Shown here piece after piece: positions 44,173-52,158 of a stretch of 64,000 nucleotides of DNA. The position numbers and the translations under genes are program-made. The first letter of the stretch is position 1. Each line of letters starts with the position of its first letter. The notes under the pieces are model-generated. The model saw only the letters and a list, made by a program, of their open reading frames with translations. It searched no databases and had not been told where the DNA came from. Source of the DNA: a virus; the IMG/VR virus record IMGVR_UViG_3300010373_000007, positions 1-64,000 of that record; one strand, written 5' to 3'.

Positions 44173-44394
44173 CTACCCGCCGGAGCGAACGGCGTCCGCG
44201 GCTTCCTGGGCCTTGTCGCGGTAGCGCTGGTGCCGGGCCGGAGCCGAGGCGCGCCAGCCGTCGATCACCGCGGCGGCCTCCTCGGGATTGAGCGGCCGCC
44301 CCTGGGCGCACTCGAAGTTGACGGTGATGGTGCGGGCGTCGATCCCGCGCGCGCCCAGCTCCTCGGCCTTCTCCCTGATCTGGCTGGTGGTCAT
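44173..44394 (-). CDS. small hypothetical protein
   Basis: 73 aa. AT-rich TATTAT box 9 nt upstream of the ATG and no SD. Confidence 0.5.
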   Translation of the reverse strand: MTTSQIREKAEELGARGIDARTITVNFECAQGRPLNPEEAAAVIDGWRASAPARHQRYRDKAQEAADAVRSGG

Positions 44395-44432
44395 GAACGG
44401 ACAATAATATCTATCGTTGCCGCCGTCCAGGG

Positions 44433-45317
44433 CTATTCGGAGGCGCCCGGCTCGGCCAGTTCTAGTGAGATTTCAACCTTGCCGCAGGCTTTCGTTGCCT
44501 TGGCCGGGTCGCCCTTGCAGAAGACCAGTACATTCTGGTGGGTCTTCCCTAGTTTGCGACCGGCGGCGAACTGGCGTCCGGCCCGGATGCTCAACGACCC
44601 GACGGCCGTCACCAAGATCGCTTCGTTGTAGAGCCGCGCGCCAGCCGCCTCGAACGCCAGCTCCGTGTCTCGCACGAAGCCGCGATAGAAGCCTTTGCGG
44701 TCCCGAAAATCTCCCACGACGATACATGCGAAGCGATCCTGGCGGAGTTGCGCGACGCTCGCCGCGATGATCTGCCGGTACTTCTCGGCGAACGCGTCGT
44801 AGCCGAGCGTCGACAGGTCTCGCGGGTCGTCGCTGTAGACCTCCAGGTCACCGTACGGCGGACAGGTGAACACGAAGTCGACCTGCCCTGGAGCCAGCGC
44901 CGCCACGTCGACCGAATCGCCAACGATCCAGATCGGCGCATGGTTGCCACAGATCACCTTCCCCTGCTGTCGGTTGGCCGATACCTGCTCCTCTCGAAGA
45001 TCAATCCCGACGTACTTCCGGCCGACCTTGGAGGCGACGATTCCGCGCACGCTGCCGCCAGCGAACGGGTCGAGGACAGTTCCGCCCTTGGGCGAGAACC
45101 AGAGATAGGCCAGCTCGCAAAGGACGGGATCGAAGATCGACGTCCCGCTGGCAGCATTCAGAATGCTGCCAGCCTCCGTATTGGAGGTGTTGCCGGGTGG
45201 ATTGAAGGCTCCCTTTTTCTTCACGCGCTGCCCCCCCCTACAACGTGCTCGCCGCGCATCAGGTCTTGCCCGAACGTACGCCCGAACTGCTTCACAGCGG
45301 ATGCCCCGCTCCGTCAC
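44433..45317 (-). CDS. DNA methyltransferase catalytic part (split from the ParB-like part by a frame change)
   Basis: SIFDPVLCELAYLWFSPKGGTVLDPFAGGSVRGIVASKVGRKYVGIDL (AdoMet motif I), then FVFTCPPYGDLEVYSDDPRDLS (motif IV, xPPY). The only in-frame start is GTG 45317. G8 tract at 45231..45238. Confidence 0.75.
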   Translation of the reverse strand: MTERGIRCEAVRAYVRARPDARRARCRGGQRVKKKGAFNPPGNTSNTEAGSILNAASGTSIFDPVLCELAYLWFSPKGGTVLDPFAGGSVRGIVASKVGRKYVGIDLREEQVSANRQQGKVICGNHAPIWIVGDSVDVAALAPGQVDFVFTCPPYGDLEVYSDDPRDLSTLGYDAFAEKYRQIIAASVAQLRQDRFACIVVGDFRDRKGFYRGFVRDTELAFEAAGARLYNEAILVTAVGSLSIRAGRQFAAGRKLGKTHQNVLVFCKGDPAKATKACGKVEISLELAEPGASE

Positions 45318-46083
45318 CGCGCATGATCTTGCCGTTCCGCCCGAGCTTCATCGCCGGCCTCGGGTTGCCGCCGGGGCTTTCTCGCCCCCTCCTTACGTGA
45401 GCGTTCTTCGCTCGATCCAGCGGCATCGGCCCCCCCCCAATCGGGGCGGTTCGGCCAAGCTCCGACTTGATGCCGAGCGAGAGCCATGCCCGCTTGCGCT
45501 CTTGCCAGTAGCCCTGTCGCGCGTCGAGCACCGAGAAGGGCGGAACCAGGAACTGCTCGGCTAGGCTGCCGGGAGGCGCGTCAGGCGTCGCCGGCGTGAC
45601 GAGCGCGGCCCATTGCTCGCCGTCAAGGCCGGTGCCGAGGAGCCCGTCGGTGGCGACTACCTCGCGGAGGAGCGCGGCCAAGCCGTCCTCGTCACGCTCG
45701 GCGAGGTTGCCTACCTCGTTGTCGATCGCGACCAGCTTCAGGGCGCGCGGGTCGCTGGGCGCGAGCGGGAGGCGGCGCGCGCTGATCTTCTTGCGACCGG
45801 CGCGGCGGGCGGCCTTGACCACGCCGTGGCCCATGAGGATCGTCCCCTCGCGGGCGATGACGACATTCTTGTAGACGCCGGCGACCCGCATCGCCTCCTC
45901 GATGTGCTCGATCTGGGCGTCGGGATGCTGCTTGTAGTTGCGCGGGTGATCCTTGAGGGAGGCCAGTGCCACCAGCTCCGTCGGCGTCTCCTCCAGCTCG
46001 GCCCCGGGGATGGGCTTCGACTTCCTCGCCTCGGCTTCTTTCGGCAAGGCCCCAGGATGCACCCGGTTTGACCGCGCGCGCAA
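45292..46083 (-). CDS. ParB-like nuclease domain plus the N-terminal segment of the methyltransferase
   Basis: LKDHPRNYKQHPDAQIEHIEEAMRVAGVYKNVVIAREGTILMGHGVVKAARRAG (ParB/Srx-like), then FLVPPFSVLDARQGYWQERKRAWLSLGIKSELGR. In remembered ParB-methylase fusions this segment precedes motif I. TTG start is uncertain. G9 tract at 45430..45438. Confidence 0.75.
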   Translation of the reverse strand: MRARSNRVHPGALPKEAEARKSKPIPGAELEETPTELVALASLKDHPRNYKQHPDAQIEHIEEAMRVAGVYKNVVIAREGTILMGHGVVKAARRAGRKKISARRLPLAPSDPRALKLVAIDNEVGNLAERDEDGLAALLREVVATDGLLGTGLDGEQWAALVTPATPDAPPGSLAEQFLVPPFSVLDARQGYWQERKRAWLSLGIKSELGRTAPIGGGPMPLDRAKNAHVRRGRESPGGNPRPAMKLGRNGKIMRGDGAGHPL

Positions 46084-46190
46084 TGGTGACTACGCTCTAC
46101 CCCGTGCGCACAACCGACCGCCAGACGCCCAGGGCGCCGCGCTGACCCCCTCTCAGGAAGGCGGCGCGGCGCTCCTGGGAAGAGGCAGGG

Positions 46191-46847
46191 TCAGGGGCTC
46201 TTGATGTACGGCGCGCCGGCGGGGACCAGGGCGGCGAAGGTGCGGAGCGAGGCGAGGTCGCCGTTCCAGACGTCCAGGTCGACGTTGCCGCCGATCCCTG
46301 GCTCCCGCCCGGTCTGCGAGTACTGCCACATCGCCCAACTCTTGCCGGCGGCAAGCCAGGGCGCGGGGACAAGCGGCTCCTGGTCGCCCGAGTCGTAGCG
46401 CGGCAGGAACAGCGCGATCTTGTCGGCCAGGTCCCACGTCGCCGGGTACTGATTTCCGACCCAGTAGCCGTTCGACGTGTAGAGGCAGGGCTGGCGGTCC
46501 GGGACATCGGCCAGGAGCTGGTCGAAGAACTCGTCCAGGTAGTCGAACGGCACGACGCTGGAGCGCTCGGTGTCGAGCGTGATCCGCTCGTTCGGGTAGA
46601 GCGGGCCCACCAGGTCCAGAACCCGCTTCGCCTGCCCGCGCGCGTCGCCGATCCCGGCCACGTGGTAGTACCAGACCAGCTCGAAGCCCATCGAGCGGGC
46701 GCCGGCGATGTCGGCCGCCAGGGCGGGGTCGGTGTTCGTCTCGCCCTGGGATGTCTTGATCCCGACGAAGTCGACGGCGCGCCTGAGGGCGACCCAGTCG
46801 CGCGGGGGATTCCAGTGGGAGACGTCGCAGCCCCGCGCTCGATCCAT
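46191..46847 (-). CDS. GH25 muramidase (endolysin-type lysozyme)
   Basis: GCDVSHWNPPRDWVALRRAVDFVGIKTSQGETNTD..WYYHVAG..GNVDLDVWNG is the GH25 signature. No signal peptide. Confidence 0.85.
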   Translation of the reverse strand: MDRARGCDVSHWNPPRDWVALRRAVDFVGIKTSQGETNTDPALAADIAGARSMGFELVWYYHVAGIGDARGQAKRVLDLVGPLYPNERITLDTERSSVVPFDYLDEFFDQLLADVPDRQPCLYTSNGYWVGNQYPATWDLADKIALFLPRYDSGDQEPLVPAPWLAAGKSWAMWQYSQTGREPGIGGNVDLDVWNGDLASLRTFAALVPAGAPYIKSP

Positions 46848-46855
46848 CGCCCCGG

Positions 46856-46884
46856 ATGGTGCCGCGCGCGGGGGCGTGGGTCAA
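46856..46884 (-). promoter_or_regulatory. sigma70-like promoter for the lysozyme gene
   Basis: Minus strand: TTGACC (46884..46879), 17 nt, CACCAT (46861..46856), 8 nt, ATG 46847. No SD. Confidence 0.35.
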
Positions 46885-46891
46885 GCTCGGG

Positions 46892-47410
46892 TCAGAACGG
46901 GCAGCCCTCGTCCCATCGCCAGGTGTGGAAGCCAGGGCGCTCCCACCGGCCGTAGACCAAGATCATCAGATCCTTCGGGTACGGGTCCTTCTGGCCGACG
47001 AACTTGAGGCGGGGGCGAATCGGCTCGACGAGCGCCTTCCCCTCGACGTGGTCTGCGAACCAGTTCGTCCCCACCGCGGCCTGGACGAGGACGGTTATCG
47101 CCCCAGGCATCGACGTGGCCTGCTCGGCGCACTTCTTCACGAACGGCGCGACGTTCCCGTGCGGCGGGTTCAGGAACCAGTGGCCCATGACCACGCCGCG
47201 CTCGGGGAGCATCGCCCAGTCGACCGCCAGGGCGTCCTCGCCAAGCTGAGATCCGGGCCCCAGCCACTGCTCGCAAACCCGGTTCTCTTGGTTGGCGGCC
47301 AGGTCCAGGTTGATGGGTCCGAAGCGGTCGACGAGCGCCGCCAGGAACTCCGGCGGCGTCCCGACATCCTGCTTCGAGCGGTGGCGGTTCAGCCCGGCTC
47401 CGGTCTTCAT
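46892..47410 (-). CDS. phage Dam-type N6-adenine methyltransferase with NPPH in place of NPPY
   Basis: Start at M57 (ATGA overlap). DVGTPPEFLAALVDRFGPINLDLAANQEN..WFLNPPHGNVAPFVKKCAEQ..RLKFVG fits the remembered phage Dam (PF05869-like) pattern. Confidence 0.75.
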   Translation of the reverse strand: MKTGAGLNRHRSKQDVGTPPEFLAALVDRFGPINLDLAANQENRVCEQWLGPGSQLGEDALAVDWAMLPERGVVMGHWFLNPPHGNVAPFVKKCAEQATSMPGAITVLVQAAVGTNWFADHVEGKALVEPIRPRLKFVGQKDPYPKDLMILVYGRWERPGFHTWRWDEGCPF

Positions 47411-47580
47411 GACGCCTCCTGTGGCGTAGTCCTGCGGATCGCTTCGCGCATCGGCACCGCGTCGCGCCTTGTGTTCTCGTCGCACCACTGCTCGGCGGCC
47501 GCCCGAAGCTCCTCGGGGCTGAAGGTGCCCAGGCCGATCTGGGCCAGGGTGGCAGCGATGACGTGGTAGTTCGGGCACAT
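47407..47580 (-). CDS. small hypothetical protein
   Basis: Start at M57 of the track ORF (MCPNYHVIAATLAQIG..). 57 aa. Start uncertain. Confidence 0.3.
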   Translation of the reverse strand: MCPNYHVIAATLAQIGLGTFSPEELRAAAEQWCDENTRRDAVPMREAIRRTTPQEAS

Positions 47581-47624
47581 GACCGCCAGCCCCGCGGCGA
47601 AGGCGGCCGTTCCACGTGGAACCC

Positions 47625-47891
47625 TCACGACGAGCCCCCTGCCGCCGGCTGGTCGACCGCCGCCGCCATGCGCGACCACCCCCAGACAGTGTCGATCTCG
47701 GGGTTGGAGCCCCGCCCGCGCAGCCATGAGACGAAGCTCTCGACGCACGAGGCCGCGGTGGGGAGGCCGACGAATGTGGACTCGGCTCCGCCCGGCACCG
47801 TCACGTCCATCCGGTAGGGCGGGAGGTGGCCGTTCATGGGGGCGACAATGGCGCGAGCTCCGCCTTGCTCTAGGTCGAGGGTGATCCTCAT
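47625..47891 (-). CDS. hypothetical protein
   Basis: ATG 47891 (ATGA overlap with the upstream stop). 88 aa (MRITLDLEQGGARAIVAPMNG..). Confidence 0.45.
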   Translation of the reverse strand: MRITLDLEQGGARAIVAPMNGHLPPYRMDVTVPGGAESTFVGLPTAASCVESFVSWLRGRGSNPEIDTVWGWSRMAAAVDQPAAGGSS

Positions 47892-48490
47892 CGCCAACCC
47901 CGGATCAGGATCCGCAGGGCCCGCAGGCGGTCGGCCTCATCCGCCAGCTTGGCAACCCGCCGCTCCGCCCCGCTGGACGTCTTGTCGGCCTGGAACTGCT
48001 TGCGCAGGGCCGTCTCCATCTCGCCGATGAGGCGGTCCAGGCCGTAGGTCTTGACCGCCTCCACGGGGCTGACGATGCGCTCGGTGGCCTTCCAGCGAGA
48101 TACCTCGCCTGGGACGGTGGACCAGGGGCCGTCGTAGACCAGCTCGACGAGTTCCCCGTCCTGGCGCAGCATGAGCCGCGTCCCCGAGTAGCGGCCGCGG
48201 GACGATATCGGCCCGCGGACGGTCGGCGCTCCGGTGGTGGGCCCCGCGCCACCCAGGTAGAGCCCGCGCCAGGGGGCCGGCTCGACGATCGTCCCGGCGC
48301 TGGTGGTGACGGACGCCAGGCCGACCTGCGAGGCGAGCGCCCGCAGGGCCGGGCCGACCGCCTGGATGACCTCGTGGAGGATGGTGGCCCGCTCGGCGAG
48401 CGCGGCGGCGCCGGCGGCGTCCAGGGCGTCCAGGCTGCGGCCAACCTGCTCGGCGACGCTGCGGAGGTCGGTGATGGTCTCGGTGTCCAT
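47888..48490 (-). CDS. hypothetical protein
   Basis: 200 aa. SD AAGGAG. GGCGTAACCT box (48506..48515) upstream. Confidence 0.6.
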   Translation of the reverse strand: MDTETITDLRSVAEQVGRSLDALDAAGAAALAERATILHEVIQAVGPALRALASQVGLASVTTSAGTIVEPAPWRGLYLGGAGPTTGAPTVRGPISSRGRYSGTRLMLRQDGELVELVYDGPWSTVPGEVSRWKATERIVSPVEAVKTYGLDRLIGEMETALRKQFQADKTSSGAERRVAKLADEADRLRALRILIRGWR

Positions 48491-48508
48491 GGCGGGGGCT
48501 CCTTGAGG

Positions 48509-49351
48509 TTACGCCCGCGCGACGGCGAGCAGGTTGTTCTCGGCTTCGGTGACGGCGGCCTCGGCGGCCTTGACGGCGGCCTCGGCGATTCGGACGGATT
48601 CGATCGCGGCCTTGTGCTCGCCGCGGGCCTGCTCTGCGGCGACCAGGGCGCGCGCGTAGGCGGCGCCGGCCTCCTCGGCGGGCGAGCGCGGGGCGGAGGC
48701 GGGAGCCTTGCCGCGGGGAGATCCATCCTTGAGGCCGCGCGGCTTGGGGTAGTCGCGCAGCGCCGGGATCAGCTCCAGGAGCTTGTCGTAGTTCGCCTGC
48801 ATCGGGAGCATGAGCCCCATCTCCCAGCCGCTGATCGTTGAGCCGTGGACGCCGCCCAGGGCGCCCAGCTCGCGCTGTCCGATCTTCTCGACCTCCTCGC
48901 GTAGGTATCGGAGCGCGTCCCGGAAGTTCCGGATGTTGGGGCGCGAGGGCGGGATGACGACGAGGGAGCCGGCATCGATCACGGCGGCGGGCGCGGGCGG
49001 CGTGGCGACGGCGGGCGCGGGCGGCGTGGCGGCTGGCTCGGGGTCGCGGGATCTCTCCGGGAGGAGGTGCTGGAACGTCGTCAGGACCCGCATCCCCTTG
49101 AGCGTGTAGATCCCCTTGAGCTGGTAGCTGCTCGGGAACCCGAGGCCTGCCTCCCACTTGTCGACCTCTCCGGCGCCGGTGCTCGCGTGGCCCGCGATCT
49201 CTCGGAGTGTGAACCCGGCTCGCTCTCGGCACTGACGGAGGGCCTGGCCCCAGGTTGTGATCTTGGCGGGGCCTGACGGGATGAGTCTGGGCGCGTTGAA
49301 TGGCTGCTTGGCGTGTGCGTTCATCGGGCGTTCTCCTGGTTGGTGGTTCAC
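48509..49351 (-). CDS. double helix-turn-helix (XRE-like) regulator with coiled-coil tail
   Basis: Two HTH-like units (TWGQALRQCRERAGFTLREIAGHASTGAGEVDKWEAG and NFRDALRYLREEVEKIGQRELGALGGVHGSTISGWEMG) joined by a P/A linker. GTG 49351 is GTGA-coupled. Alternative ATG 49324 has SD AGGAGA. Confidence 0.7.
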   Translation of the reverse strand: MNHQPGERPMNAHAKQPFNAPRLIPSGPAKITTWGQALRQCRERAGFTLREIAGHASTGAGEVDKWEAGLGFPSSYQLKGIYTLKGMRVLTTFQHLLPERSRDPEPAATPPAPAVATPPAPAAVIDAGSLVVIPPSRPNIRNFRDALRYLREEVEKIGQRELGALGGVHGSTISGWEMGLMLPMQANYDKLLELIPALRDYPKPRGLKDGSPRGKAPASAPRSPAEEAGAAYARALVAAEQARGEHKAAIESVRIAEAAVKAAEAAVTEAENNLLAVARA

Positions 49352-49608
49352 GGTCGGGATCCTTCTCGGATCGCGATCTCATTGGCCGCCTTGGCGATCA
49401 CCTCCATCCACTTGCGGCCGTGCCCCGTGAGCCGGTGCCCGAGGCGGTGGTGGCGGAGCATCTCGGGGACCTTGGAGGTGACGATGATCCGCTCGGCGAG
49501 GGTTCCGTAGTCGTCTCCCATCTGGAAGTCCCCCCGCTCTGCGCGGCGGGTGTCTCCCCACTTGGCCCCGCAGGAGCAGGTAGCTACGGCGTTCTGGCGT
49601 GTTGGCAT
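49348..49608 (-). CDS. hypothetical protein
   Basis: 86-aa ORF (MPTRQNAVATCSCGAKWGD..). Confidence 0.5.
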   Translation of the reverse strand: MPTRQNAVATCSCGAKWGDTRRAERGDFQMGDDYGTLAERIIVTSKVPEMLRHHRLGHRLTGHGRKWMEVIAKAANEIAIREGSRP

Positions 49609-49624
49609 CTGGTGGACCCCGTGC

Positions 49625-49650
49625 GGGCCCGGAACCGAAGCTCCGGGCCC
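49625..49650 (-). other. very stable GC hairpin with a UUCG-type loop between two genes
   Basis: Coding-strand RNA GGGCCCGGAGC-UUCG-GUUCCGGGCCC: about 11 bp including one G.U pair, C(UUCG)G tetraloop. No U-tract. Confidence 0.4.
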
Positions 49651-49667
49651 GAGGCGGGATCCGCCAG

Positions 49668-50831
49668 CTACGCGGCCTGCTTCTCCCCCGCGCCCCCGAC
49701 GAACGAGCCCGCGAGCACCTGGAGGTCCAGCTTGCGGTCGGCGTCCATGCCGTCCTGGTTGGCCAGCCAGGAGATCGCGTTGGAGAAGCGCCAGGCCGTG
49801 TTACCCGGCGGGAGCATCTCGACGTCGGGCGAGTTGTACTTGTCCACGATCAGCTTCTCCTCGGCCTTGCCGACGACCTTCCGGAGCGAGGCCAGCGCCT
49901 TGTCGGCGTCCAGCTCGGTCGCGTTCGCCTCGCGGACCCGCTCGATCATCCCCTTGATGGCGTCGGCGCCGAGGAGGGCCTTGGCGGCGTCGGTCATCGC
50001 GCTGCGGGTGAAGTCCTCGTTCAGCTTGCGGGTCCGGTTCGAGAACGTCGTCTCGTCGAGCTGGGCGCCGATGTGGACGCGGCGGAACTGGGCCGTGACG
50101 CTCGCGCCGTTGAGGCAGAGGAGCCGCTCGATGAACCCGCGGAGCTCGCGCCCGCCGTTCCCGTAGTCGCTCGTCCGGTAGTCGGCGCCGATGATCGCCC
50201 ACTCGCCCGGGAAGACCTCGATCGGCTCCGGCTTGACGATCCGGAACGAGCAGCGCGTGTCGAGCGCGTAGCCGTCGATCATGACGGCGCCGGCGACGCG
50301 GGCGACCTCCATGATGGCCTGGAGCGCCGGGCGGCTGTCGTCGGTCCGGTAGTTCCGCCCGAGGACGCCGCGGACGACGCCGTCGACCCGGCGAACGAGG
50401 AACTTCGCGTCGTCGTCCTGGTGCGCGAGGAGCTCGCTCAGGTTGCGGCCGACGAGGTCGCGCCCCCAGTCCGTCCCGCGCAGCTCACCGAGGTACTTAC
50501 GAGGGAACCCCGCCCGCTCGGCGACCTGGCCGAGCGCGTGCTCGTGGAAGTCTCCGAGGTGGCCGGCGGCGTCGCCGATTTGGCCGAGCTTGAACTTGCC
50601 GTCGGCGTTCGCCCAGACCTTCAGGGCCGTCGCGCGGACGACCGCGTCAACGGGGACCTCGCGCTCGACCCGGGCGAGCGCGGCGACGGCGTTCTCGCGT
50701 CCCTTGTTGATCCGCTCCTGCAGCTTCGCCCGGGCCTTGTTCTCCCGCTCGGCGGCCGACATCCCGGCGTACTCGCCGTGAACGCGGTCCAGGGTGCGGG
50801 GCTGGGGCTTGATGACCTCGACGTTTTCCAT
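49668..50831 (-). CDS. DUF932-family protein
   Basis: 387 aa. LVRRVDGVVRGVLGRNYRTDDSRP and ADYRTSDYGNGGRELRGFIERLLCLNGAS fit the DUF932 pattern (..NS..G..al.v....RlvC.NG). SD GAGGAGAAAG. Confidence 0.75.
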   Translation of the reverse strand: MENVEVIKPQPRTLDRVHGEYAGMSAAERENKARAKLQERINKGRENAVAALARVEREVPVDAVVRATALKVWANADGKFKLGQIGDAAGHLGDFHEHALGQVAERAGFPRKYLGELRGTDWGRDLVGRNLSELLAHQDDDAKFLVRRVDGVVRGVLGRNYRTDDSRPALQAIMEVARVAGAVMIDGYALDTRCSFRIVKPEPIEVFPGEWAIIGADYRTSDYGNGGRELRGFIERLLCLNGASVTAQFRRVHIGAQLDETTFSNRTRKLNEDFTRSAMTDAAKALLGADAIKGMIERVREANATELDADKALASLRKVVGKAEEKLIVDKYNSPDVEMLPPGNTAWRFSNAISWLANQDGMDADRKLDLQVLAGSFVGGAGEKQAA

Positions 50832-50915
50832 GTTCTTTCTCCTCGGTTCGTTGGTGGTCGCGGTAGTGCGGACCGTGCGGGGCCCGACGGCGGTCAGACC
50901 CAGAGGCGGCGCGCG

Positions 50916-51437
50916 CTACGGGTCTAGTTCATCCAGGACCATGTCGATCAGATCTCGGTACGGCATCCACGCCACGCAGGCGTCCTGCTTTGAGCCATAC
51001 CGGACGACACATCCCTCGTTCGCGATCCGTTCCGGCAGGGGAAGCGGTTCAAGCCCACGACATCCGGACGGGCGGTGGTCGAAGATCGCGCAACCTGCGG
51101 CCGTCAGGAAGTTGCAGGGGCCGCCCCACGACCCGTCTCGCAGGCGCCCGCGCCCTTGCGTTGTAGCCGGGCGGAGGTAGTACGCCGACCCGACCATCGC
51201 GTCGCTCAGACGGCTGTGATCCGGGCGCGGGTCGCCTTCCCACCAATCGACCGACCATGCACCGGAAGCGAGACGCTCCCGCAGAAGCCGATGCATCTCT
51301 GCCCGATCGGGAGCGCCGAAGTCTTCTGGCAGTGCCGCGCCTGGCGCAGAGTGGCAGCAAGACGCCTTGGCATCTCCGCATGGTCCGCAAAGATCGGGTC
51401 GCTCATACGAATCGCGAACCACCGGAAGATGTTTCAT
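50916..51437 (-). CDS. YkgJ-family Cys-cluster (Zn/Fe-binding) protein
   Basis: Start at internal ATG 51437 (ATGA overlap). CGPCGDAKASCCH and CNFLTAAGCAIFDHRPSGCR fit the CxxCxxxxxCC UPF0153 pattern. Confidence 0.65.
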   Translation of the reverse strand: MKHLPVVRDSYERPDLCGPCGDAKASCCHSAPGAALPEDFGAPDRAEMHRLLRERLASGAWSVDWWEGDPRPDHSRLSDAMVGSAYYLRPATTQGRGRLRDGSWGGPCNFLTAAGCAIFDHRPSGCRGLEPLPLPERIANEGCVVRYGSKQDACVAWMPYRDLIDMVLDELDP

Positions 51438-51853
51438 AGCCCCACCGCCCGCACGGCCGCCGTGACCCCCGCGTCGAACGTCTGGTTCAGCACGTCCAGG
51501 AGCACCTCGCAGGCGACGCAGCGGCCCGGCTTCTGGTAGTGCGCCCGGTGGGCCTTGCGGCCGGTCTCGGCGAAGTCCGGCCGGCGGACGTCCTGCTTGA
51601 CGTCGATGGCCGCACCGTCGCCGGAGAAGTGGCGCGCGCGGATGGCCGCCACGACCATCCCCCAGGTGGTGTCGGAAGGGGCGGTCTTGCAGCCAGCCAG
51701 GAGGCCGTAGACGTCGCGTTGGGGGGGCGTCAGGTGCTCCAGGAAGGTCGCCAGGAGGTCGTTCTGGGCCTGCGAGCGCGTGGGCGGGAGGATCCCCAGG
51801 ATGGAGATGACCTTCCGGGCGCGGGCGGCGTCCTCGAAGCCGTTGGCGGCCAT
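51434..51853 (-). CDS. hypothetical protein
   Basis: Start at internal ATG 51853 (TGATG overlap). 139 aa (MAANGFEDAARARKVISILG..). Confidence 0.5.
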   Translation of the reverse strand: MAANGFEDAARARKVISILGILPPTRSQAQNDLLATFLEHLTPPQRDVYGLLAGCKTAPSDTTWGMVVAAIRARHFSGDGAAIDVKQDVRRPDFAETGRKAHRAHYQKPGRCVACEVLLDVLNQTFDAGVTAAVRAVGL

Positions 51854-52158
51854 CAGAGATCCACCTCGTTCGTGCGAACTTTCCCGCCCTGCGCCTCGAA
51901 CCACGGAACCAGCTTGCCGCGGAAGCAGTCGGGACAGATGTCGAGGATGGTCTGGTTGATGGTCCCGCCCTCGGGATAGATGTCGCCCTCTTCCATGCCG
52001 ACGTGGACCTCCATTTTTTCGTACATGCCCTGGCTGTAGTCGCCCCCGACGGGGTAATCCTCGCCGCGCCCGCGGCGCCCACACAGCTCGCAGACCACAG
52101 CCGCCACACGCCGGACGGTGCTCGCCGGCACCTCGACCGTCTTGTGCTCAATCGCCAT
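51853..52158 (-). CDS. small zinc-ribbon protein
   Basis: 101 aa. CELCGRRG .. CPDC. Confidence 0.5.
   Translation of the reverse strand: MAIEHKTVEVPASTVRRVAAVVCELCGRRGRGEDYPVGGDYSQGMYEKMEVHVGMEEGDIYPEGGTINQTILDICPDCFRGKLVPWFEAQGGKVRTNEVDL

Noticed and set aside
46134-46172. GC-rich hairpins (46134..46172, 39974..40009, 33445..33462) as intrinsic terminators.
   Set aside because: None is followed by a U-tract on the coding strand, so they do not meet the canonical rho-independent terminator definition. They are recorded only as possible RNA structures.
48987-49034. Tandem 24-bp duplication (GCGGGCGCGGGCGGCGTGGCG..) as a regulatory repeat.
   Set aside because: It lies inside the double-HTH gene and simply encodes a duplicated ATPPAPA linker segment. 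There is no evidence for a cis-acting role.
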